From assembly GCA_964016885.1 (NCBI GenBank), contig OZ024742.1, positions 89,156,001 through 89,220,000 of the forward strand: 64,000 nucleotides of DNA, written 5' to 3'. Source of the DNA: Eledone cirrhosa. Its lineage: Eukaryota. The position numbers and the translations under genes are program-made. Positions within the stretch are counted from its first letter, which is position 1. The number at the start of each line of letters is the position of its first letter. The notes under the pieces are model-generated. The model was not told the DNA's origin. It did no database searches and worked only from the letters and a program-made list of their open reading frames with translations. Shown in pieces: positions 54,089 through 64,000 of the stretch.

Positions 54089-56014
54089 CGTGGGCATATA
54101 ATAATTATTTTCTCTTAGTCTGCTTATGTGTATGTTTGTGTGTATGTAATGATTATTACATAGGCTACACTTTTGTAAGTGTATGTGTGTGAGTGTTTGT
54201 GTGTATGTATTGTCCAAGAAGCCAAGTCCCTAGCAATTTCGAAATAAATTAGAATTATCAAGAATATAAAACGACCACAGTTGAAATCTATATACAAATA
54301 CACATCTACCCTTTAGCCATCATTTTTGACGGCACGGGGCCAACTAGTTTATCAATAAAAATACGTCACCTATTTTGATATTTAATATTAATTACTGACA
54401 TAGACACGCACTTTAAATTATAGTAAGATAAATCGAGCTCTGTACCAACAGGGGGGTTATTTATTGACCCCCAGAATGATGAAACTTAATCGCAGTCCGA
54501 ATAACGACTCGGGACTCAAAACAAATTAATCTACCTCAATACAAATTCTGCTAATTATTTTCTCTTATTTTCTGCCTACTATCATTATTATTTCTACTGA
54601 CTTGTTAGTGCATTGAATATGTTCAAGCTGAATTTTTATCATGAAAATATAATAATACAAGAGCTATATTTTCAGGTTGCAAACAATCACGAAACTTAAT
54701 GGATGAATAATAGAGAGTAATGAATTTCTAAACGAAATTCTCCTACAGAAGCAAGCTCCCGAGCATCAGTTAATATGCTGGAAAATACCCTGTTTTGATG
54801 TTGAGACATTTAAAAAACGTTTGCAGTCGTTATATAATTTATCAACATTTTTATCCTCTGAATTTTCAAAAATCCCGGCAAAAGCTCTTTCGGTTCTCAC
54901 AGATCTCATAAGTAAGGCCTATCATTTATGTGCACCGTTTGAGAATTTGGCACGCACTAACAACGAACGTAAGCATTGTCAATAAGGGGCATTTAGATAA
55001 GAATTCTTATCGTATGAATACATTTGTCATTCTTCCATAATCTCATCGGAATTCCATGCCATGAGAAAATATTCAAGACTCCTAAAAGTTTGAATGCCAC
55101 CATGCTAGTCAATATTTCAGATAGATAACACTGGTTTATTGTTCGATCCACTGTAACCCATTTCACTGTACAACATACAAATCTTGTGAATCTGAAATCA
55201 CGTGGTTGATTCAGTTTTCGAGCAATTTATCATATGAGATAACTATACACAACTTTGAAAAGTATATTTCTATCTAAATGTATTACTGATACAGATATTC
55301 TAGTCCAAGGAATGATATTGTTGATAAATATATAGGGATCTATGTTTCATAGGCTAGAAAGCAATCTTTTCATGCATATTATTTATCGAAAGGAAGGATA
55401 ATGGGTTGAATGAATGACACGACCCTACTAATAACCTGAAATAAATCAATCTAATTCTGAACTAGGAATTGAAAGGATATATTTGATTATAAATAGCTGT
55501 TGAGTGCTGCTGGAGATTGTGATTACTCACGTCACAGAAGGAAAATTCTAGTGCAGATTAGTGGTTCGTTTAATTCTACCAGAGTAGATATTCACCAAAG
55601 TGAAAGAGAATTTCTTCTGTAAAATACACACTACATTTACGTATAGAAATATATATGTGTGTGTGTGTGTGTGTTGGAGTATGTGTGTGTGTGTACATAT
55701 ATATATGACGAGAGAGAGAAAGCGAGAGAGAGAGAGAGAGAGAGAAGTGAGTTGCAGAGAAAATCAGATTATTTGGTACGGTCTCGTTGAAAACTCGATG
55801 TTATGCATACAATATTGCCAACAAATGAATCAATAAAATATCTGAGTGTTTTACGACTCAGATAATGCGATCACATATTGTATAAAACTTCCATGTTTAC
55901 AATATATTCCTACCACTCTTTGAATACAGGTAGGCAAAGGTAATGGTCTTCCGGAACTGCGTTTTTCAAATTTTGTTTAATTTTGCCGAATTCGGTCGCA
56001 AAAATTGGATTTAC

Positions 56015-56165
56015 AGGCGTCGGACACCATGCATTGCAGCATAGAGTTACGGCTCTTTATGAGCTGAGTTCAAATCCCGCCGAGGTTATCTTTGCCTTTC
56101 ATCCTTACGAGGTTGATAAAATAAAGCACCAGTAATGAACTAGGGTCGATTTAATCGACTTTCCC
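56015..56165 (+). mobile_element. tRNA-derived SINE fragment
   Basis: GAGTTCAAATCCCGCCGAGG plus central domain. Confidence 0.8.
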
Positions 56166-56229
56166 AGGTTCTGTTTGATCTTTCATATCTCATTGTGAAA
56201 GAAGTTAAGCAACATTAATAAAAGTAATA

Positions 56230-58200
56230 GCAAAGCGTGCTCCGAACATCGTGCTACAAATATTATAATTACTGCAATGAAGTCATGGCAAGATTACTTC
56301 GACAGGCTTGGAAAAAATGAGCATAAAAATAGAACTGGTGCATCATAGAACATCTGAAAGTACCTATGTAGGAGAGGGATAAATCAATCGGACAGTTTCG
56401 GCCAATATCCAACCTCAACGGGATGCTGGCTAGGAGAATAACGACATTTTTAACAAAGAAAGAGCCGATAGACATACCATTCCAGAAATCTTGTCTACAG
56501 CATGCACAGGGGATTTGAAGCTTAATTTGGCATGTAGAAATTGAATGAAAGTAGAATGGTGTTGTTTGGCTTGATTTCGCAAATGTGTATGCATAAGTCC
56601 ACCTTACGCTAATTCATTAAGCGTTAGACATGTTTCATATTCCAGAACTATTAATGCGCTTCATTACTAAATGCTTCATGTCAAATTGGCAGACTTTTGA
56701 AATAGACAGAATGATACGGCGCACAATTTATCCACTTATGACTCAAGAGCTGCTAGGAAGAAGTAAAGATTGGAAAACATCAGTGTGCGCGTTCATCTAT
56801 AACATCATTGCCATTACGGAAATAAAGAAAAATTAAAAAGCATCCTAGTTCAGCTGAAGGAATTATACCTGCAATGTTGACTGCACTCCCTGTGCCAAGA
56901 AGAGCCGAATCTCTCCTTCATGCAAGGTTATATTAAGAATTTTCATTTAGAAATTGGTGGGGGAACGGTTACAGCAATCAACTTGGTCGAATCTATGCAT
57001 TGCTCTTAAATGATGTCAAGAAGGGTAGAGAAATAAGAAATAGATACCAAGCTAGATCAAAGAATGAGTACCAGTGTCAATAGCGATTTGACAGCAAATT
57101 TAAGGCATGGTAGATCAGCATGACATTTTGTTAAGGCTCTCATTATCTCGCCAAGATTATGACATACCCTTGTAGTTGACAGATGAGACGGAAGTGATAG
57201 CAGTTCTCTACGAAAATAGTTTGGCCTTCCGTCAAACATGACAAAATTCAACTTTATTGCACTAATTCCAAACTCAAACTGCTTGTACCATATTTACTGG
57301 AATAGTTTGAAATAGAAAAATCCATTGTCATATGATGCTACAAGATTTGAAAGACTATTATTTGCGCAGCCTAGCCGTTAATGGTGACAGGACTGGAAAA
57401 GAGAGAATAACAGAGGTGGTCAAGAATTAAGAAACTTTCAAATGAAGGAGTTGATAGGTGTAGAGCAGACTACACGGCCAAATCTGGAGCAAACACAAAG
57501 CAAGTCAATATCCTGCTAAAATAAAAAAAGGAATACAATAAATTATAACTGAAGAAATTCTTCAAATTGTGGTGGGGTGTGCGACCAACTCAGGAAAATT
57601 AGGGAGCTACTGTTATTGGTCAGCATGGAAGACACTGGAATAATAAAAGGCTGGAACAGATAAGGGAAGACAGAACCAATATTAGATCATAGAGAGGGAA
57701 CGACACTACTGATTTTTATCGGTGAGGAAGTTATCCAACATTGGAATATTTTCAGGCAGCATGCGACCATCCCTGGAAGCATTAGCTTGACGCCATAACC
57801 AAGTCTTTAGAGTTCTCATTATTGCGATACAAAAAATGAAGCGTTTTTAATGCAAACAAAACCAATGCAAGGCTGCATCCAATTGAATTACGAAAGAAAG
57901 TGAAAAAACGAAAGGTTACAATGATCAGGAGGTCGAATATCGGCAAAACAACACAGCGTTCTGATATTATGGCATGATATGAGTTGACAACAAGTCTTGA
58001 TTGATGAGAAGACAGTGTATTTGGAAAACAATATGGAATGAGTTCATTACGGAAAGTATATAAAATACTAAGAAATAAAGGAATGGTTAGATGGTCGAGG
58101 ATATCAGAGTCTATTGTGTGATATCGTAGATTTGTGACTAAATCCACCATGTTTTACTTAGTAGGGCTTTGACTTGGAAAATGGAGTAGAGGAAAGATTC
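56230..58200 (+). pseudogene. Very decayed RLE-type LINE, Hero/NeSL-like
   Basis: KSIGQFRPISNLN (~56380), VVWLDFANVYA (~56560), MKELIGVEQT (~57442), TTQRSDI (~57950). Many stops. Confidence 0.5.
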
Positions 58201-59193
58201 AAGAACTGGATACATTATATTTATGGTAAAATTATTTAAGTGAAAGTACAACGCTTAGCATATAAACACATGAACACATTATATATATATAGAGAGAGAG
58301 ATGGGGAAGGAAGAGAACGAGAGACAGACTGACACGAATTCAAACGAATACACTTATGAACACGAATTTCGTAAGAGTAGCCTACCTTTATTTACAACAG
58401 ACAATATATTAAAAAAAAATTTAAATTATAAACCAAGAGTTATTTCCCTTAAAAAATGAAATACTTAAATTGCACATGAGAATTTTTCTTGTTTTTGCAC
58501 TTCGCCAACTCCTGCAGAAATATATTCATATATTCTTCATTTTTGCCCTTCCCAACGTCGTTCCCTCTGCCACTAGCGCGGCACTCCATCCTACGTTCAT
58601 AGAACATACTCGCTAACTTTAACTACTGCAAGCATTGACTTTTCAGTAACATAAAGCAGTGTCTCTACTAGTAAGGTGATTACTGAAGTTAATTGTATGT
58701 TTTCTTAACCCATCCACCCAACAAAACACACATTTCTGCCCATACTTTTTTAAAGTTATTAACTGCTTTTGCAAATTTGCTGCAGCTCTGTTGCATCTGC
58801 ACATTCATTTGATGATAAGAGAGGGTGTATAAAGTTCATAACTGCCTCGGATGAATAATTGTTTACAAGTAGAAGAAATTCTAGAGGTCACAAGCAAAGC
58901 ATGGAATGTTGAGTTCAGAATCCATTACTTCATGCTATTAGAAATGGCTTTGACTTTCTTTCTCTCGTGCTCTTATATTGTTTCTTTGTTTTGTTTTGTT
59001 TTTTGTTTATTTTGGTGTGTGTGTTTGTGGGGGGGGGGGGGGGGGGGTGCAAACACTATTTCACCTCTTCTTGTTTCTAATATATGGCACAACAAAAGAA
59101 GAGAAATTCAAGAACTATATTAACAAAATTTAAATTGATATCAAAGAAAATGCCCGTCGGTCAATAACATTTTGTTCCCATTTGCAAGCCCAG

Positions 59194-59236
<43 letters not shown>

Positions 59237-59799
59237 TGGGGATTAAAGAGTTAAGCAGTAAAGACTTAATAGATTATTACTTAAAACAGCAAAAAGCAAA
59301 ACATGATATGCGACAATACACAGACATTAAGTTACAGTGATAATATGTCTAAGTATAACCCAAGATATTTAGCAAGTTAACACGAAAACAATTAAGAATG
59401 TTTCCGCTAAATGCGGACATTGCAATATTATGTTTATAAAATTATAAAATTATTATTAAAATGATATACTCTAGGATTGTAAAATATCAAGGGAAGATAA
59501 AATTCAAGCTAATAGAAATAGGTATAAATATTCTTAAAATAAATTAAAACATTGACTTTAAATTGGAAATATTGATTTTAAATAGGGGTAAAGAAAATGA
59601 AAAAAACAACAACATAAGGTGCTAAAATAATATTTAAATAAGATTAAAAATACCATGTTAATCAGAGAAAAATAAACAGATATGGCCCAATATAAGCAAC
59701 ATTTGACAGGGGAAAACAAAAGCTAACCACTTTCTACGCCCCAAAGTCAATAAGTAACTATATATATTGCCATTATGTGTATGTGTGTGTTTGTGTGTA

Positions 59800-60015
59800 A
59801 GGGTGGTGGATTTGCAGTATGGGTAGAGTGTTGGACACAATACTTTGCAGCATTGAGATATGTGACTTTACGTTCTGAGTTCAAATCCCGTCGAGTTTAG
59901 CTTTGTTTTTCATTCTTGTGAGTCGGCAAAATGAAGTACCAATAATACACTGAACTGGATTTAATGGACTTTCCCTCCTCCAAAATTGTTGACCTCTTAC
60001 TTAAACCTAAATTAG
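59800..60015 (+). mobile_element. tRNA-derived SINE, older copy
   Basis: GGTGGTGGATTTGCAGTATGGGTAGAG..GAGTTCAAATCCCG plus a diverged central domain. Confidence 0.78.
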
Positions 60016-60141
60016 AAATCATGATGTGTGCGTGTGTGTGTGTGTGTGTGCGTGCGTGCGTGTGTACGTGCGCGCGCGCGTATGTGTAAATAGCTATCTT
60101 TTAAATTTGAATTCGCTTTATATATTTTGACACAAATATGA

Positions 60142-63100
60142 ACCCAAGCACGGAACAGGTTGGTGAGCCTCTTCTTGCAGATCTTCGTTACCATTTTATC
60201 AATCATCAGCTGGTTTTTCGTTCCGCTGCTATTCGCGCTTACCACTTCTGCTCACCAGTAAGTAGATTTACTCTCCCCATGTGTGTATGTCTTCTGAAAA
60301 TATTCCTGTTATGAGCTTCCACTTCAAAGGAAGACATTTAATTGGTTTGAAATGTGAAACAGTTACCCTTACTGTCATCTTTATGTATCAAACATGTACG
60401 TCCTTTTGCCATCCATTTCGGTGTTTCCCAGATCTAAGGACTTCATTTAACTATGTAGTTATTCTTTCATGTAATTTACTGAGGTTTTTTAACTGGTATC
60501 CATCTACATGATCTGGCCCACTTGCTCTCCATTTTGGCATCTTTTGCAGCTAGGTATTCATCATCTATTGTTATATTGATATTATTTTGCATCTGTACAC
60601 GATACCTGTTTTGCAACTTTCTTTATCCAATCTACTTTATCATTGTCTTGAATAGATTTGCCTCAGATGTTTTTCCAAAAAACAATGCTTTCTTCTGCAC
60701 CTTGTCTTACATCATCGTTCCTTTTGATTCCTTCCAGTTTCTCTATTTTTTTAGGTTGATTTGAAAGAGACTATTCTGCATGTATTGGTTACTTCATTAT
60801 TCGTATTTCATTAGTTTTGTAATCTTTGATTTTAATTGTTGCTTCAACTCTTCCTCACTGCATTAATTCCCTTCTGTTTCACATGATATTGTATTTCTAG
60901 TACTCCGTTTATCAATTCGTTATGTAACCTTTCATTCCTCCAATTTGCTTAACATCTTCCCTCAATAGTCTAACAATTAACTGAACCCTTCCCTTCTACA
61001 TTGGCTCTGCCGAGCGTGAAACTTTCACCTGGGGTTCCAGTCTCAAATACGCTGCTTTCTACATTCAATGTATTTGACATTTCCATTCATTTGAGCTAAT
61101 GCGAATTAACGTTTTCCGTTTCTAGTATTTCTATCGTGACACCATCAATAGATAGATTGTCTACTATGAATTAAAGAGCCTCCAACTACCCTCATCTAGA
61201 GAAAACTATATCTCACGCCAGGTTTTCAACTAGTATTCATGATGATTCGTTTGTCTTTACGACGGTCTCTTATAAGAATGCCGAAACAGCTCGGGGTCCT
61301 TCACGGACCGGTTAAATTACTCGGCGTTTGGTTTGGTCCTGACCTCCTGATGGAGATGCAATGAAGTAAAAAGCAGGGTGCCTACTCTCACCCAGAAAGG
61401 GGCCGAGGTGAAGCTATCCCTAATCGGTCGGGCAGAGATGGCGAACGCGTCATCACGTCCCTCATCTATTACCGCCTGACCATCGGGCCTTTCTTAGTCC
61501 ACGTCTAACTAAAATGGGGCATTCGTTCTTTCGCATTTTGTTAAAAGGACGCGTTCCACTCCTCAGGCGGTCCATTTCCTTTCAACACCTGCTGCGTGTG
61601 AGACTGTGCATGTCGCGGCCGATGATGCACAAACATGGGCTGAGGCTGCATCATCTCTAGCCTTTCCTTGAAGTGTATAAGTGTGGCCACTATTCGCCAG
61701 GCACATGTTTCGCCGATTCAAGCAAAGATCGAGCGGGAGCGCTTGTAAACTGGAATGTCTTCAAATGTTCACAGCCCCCAGCCGGTCGGTCACTGTGATC
61801 GGTAGAATCTCTATCTTCGCGTTCTATAGAGGAAAATGGCGGGGGAAAGCGACAACGTTCTTGGAGAGACCAACTAGCCGTTCTCATCCGGAGAAATTTC
61901 GGCCGAGGGCCGCGGCATATGCTCCAGAAATTCCTAGCCTGGCAGTGCTACCGGGAGCTTTGGCAGTTTGAGATAAACTCTACAGACATAGATGTGCCGT
62001 CAGCCAAATATAACCGAGATGCGCTCAGGGTGACAAAACCATCCTACGTGCACTGGTTCAGTGCCTGAGCTTTGTTGGTTTGTGGGTTTATGCGGAACAT
62101 CTGCTGTCACGTGTAAGACGGATCGGGTTATCAAGTAAATCCATTGTGAAGATCGCCCACCACGTTCCTTTAATCGAGAAGGACAGGTCGTTGTTATATA
62201 GCCGAGGGCCATGGGGAACAGCTTGCTTGTTAGCCACGATTGAAGGGACTGGATACAAACACCTTCCCCTTTGGCGAATCCCTCATCTATCTCTTCAAGT
62301 TTCAATTGAAGTGTAGCGAGCATGGTCCAAGTGAACAGGCCTGCCCTGAGTATACACCTATAATTCTTAATGGTTTTTCTTGATGTGAAACCTAGGCCAC
62401 TGTATTTGTACAGGCTTTAAAATGCCACATTTTTTCTTAATTTCACTTGTCAGATCTTTATATTAACTGAGCTTTTTAAACTCTTTCGTGGCGATGTTAC
62501 GATCTGATGGAATGCTCATGACAATTTAAAAAAAATGTTTTCTCTATATTGTCTTTCACAATTATATCAGGTCTGTTGGTCTTCATTGTTCTGTCAGAGT
62601 TCATAGGTATAGCTCATAGGAATGTCACATTCTCGAATCATTGTACTGCATTTGGGTGCCGGTTGTACCATTTTCCCTCTGTTTTTATACCATAAAACCT
62701 GCATTTTACCCAATGTAAATATTTTCCCACTCTATCAAGCCTCGTTTTATATTCTTGGGGTGCTAATTCTTTGCAACCTGAAACCATGTGATCAATGATC
62801 GTAACACGCTCTTCACAGAAGCCGCACTTTGGATCAGTTTCATTAATTTTAGTAATTATTATTATTATTATGAATTTGATATCTTAGTCATTGATTTTAT
62901 TTAACCTGAAAATTAGCCCAAATGAATATCAAGCTGCTAGGTGTAGACTCAGATATTCAAGACGAATTGGAATGCCCTTGCATGCCTTTTGAAGTCTTCC
63001 AAAAATGGAAGGTGAGGTAATACTCTTTATCCAGTCTTAGAAACTCTTCGAGATATATATTAGTGCTCTTATGACGATGGGAACGACCTTGATCTCATGA

Positions 63101-63204
63101 CAATCCCAAATCCTTTTTCAGTTCCTACTCGGATACGATGTGAGCCACAGTTTCCCCCTCTCTCACTCTCTCTCTCTCACCCCCCCTCTCTCTCTCACTC
63201 TCTC

Positions 63205-63284
<80 letters not shown>

Positions 63285-63969
63285 CAAATCCTACTCCCTG
63301 TCAATATGATATTCCCTCCACTTCATTCTAAGGGCCGGCTCCAGTGCAGTTAGTAGCATTTCCTCGCTGGTGCCTCTTTCTTGTACAAATTGAACTATTT
63401 ATCATAACGTCACTAAATTATGTAGTTGTTCAAAAGTGTTAACTGTGTTATCAGAATATTTAAAAAACACACATGATGATCTTATTACATAATTGTTTCT
63501 CCTTTAGGTACAAGGTCAGCAATTTAAATGGGTGGGAAAAGTCAATTAAATCGACCCCAGTGCTTTACTGGTGCTCTATTTTATCGACCCCATAAGGATG
63601 AAAGGGAAAGCTAACCTCGGCGGGATTTGAACTCAGAACGTAAAGGGACGTGACTCTATGCTGCGAAGCATGGTGTCCGACGCTCTATCAATAATACCAA
63701 TCCACCACCCGACAGGTTATAATCGTAACTTGACGCAATGAAATATGCAACACATTCAGTCCAACAATGACGTTTCAGAATTCTAGTGAACTGAGTATTA
63801 TTGTACGTCGTAATACACTGCTTAGAACTGCATGTGCATCAAGAACAAGTTTCACACGCAAATGAAAATACGTGATGAGTGTGGAAGAAATGGGGCTGTG
63901 ACAAACTATAGAACACAGAGAACAGCGTTCGCTACACTTGTGTTACTCATACATATACATGTACACACA

Positions 63970-64000
<31 letters not shown>
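60142..64000 (+). repeat. Copy 2 of the ~3.9 kb local duplication (runs off the window end)
   Basis: Begins with the CCAAGCA..GAACAGGTTGGTGAGCC block seen at ~50047; same order of Dong, Tx1, Dong, (CT)n, SINE and (CA)n pieces. Confidence 0.95.

Overview
Eukaryotic, AT-rich, transposon-saturated animal DNA. The SINE family and dense (TA)n/(GT)n/(GA)n/(GATA)n microsatellites suggest an octopod cephalopod (inference from recall). No host protein-coding gene can be supported. The window holds: (1) a decayed autonomous Helitron (~5975-12534) with a Rep/PIF1-helicase gene, N-terminal 23-aa STPR-like repeats and an intact hairpin+CTAG 3' end; (2) five copies or fragments of Tx1-clade LINEs, including a nearly intact full-length element (27746-33540; ORF1 intact, ORF2 broken by one 1-nt deletion) lying head-to-tail with an older relative and bounded by (TATC)n tracts, which suggests microsatellite-targeted integration; (3) many Penelope-like element (PLE) fragments with about ten type I hammerhead-ribozyme motifs, several with non-canonical cores (U3-A8, C3/A8, U4C); (4) RTE, Dong/R4-like and Hero-like LINE relics; (5) about ten copies of a tRNA-derived SINE; (6) a ~3.9 kb local duplication of a mosaic of repeats, a fold-back structure, a ~445 bp tandem repeat, and a possible promoter with non-coding exons at ~34.5-35.6 kb. 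All alignments and folds were done by eye, and most boundaries are approximate.
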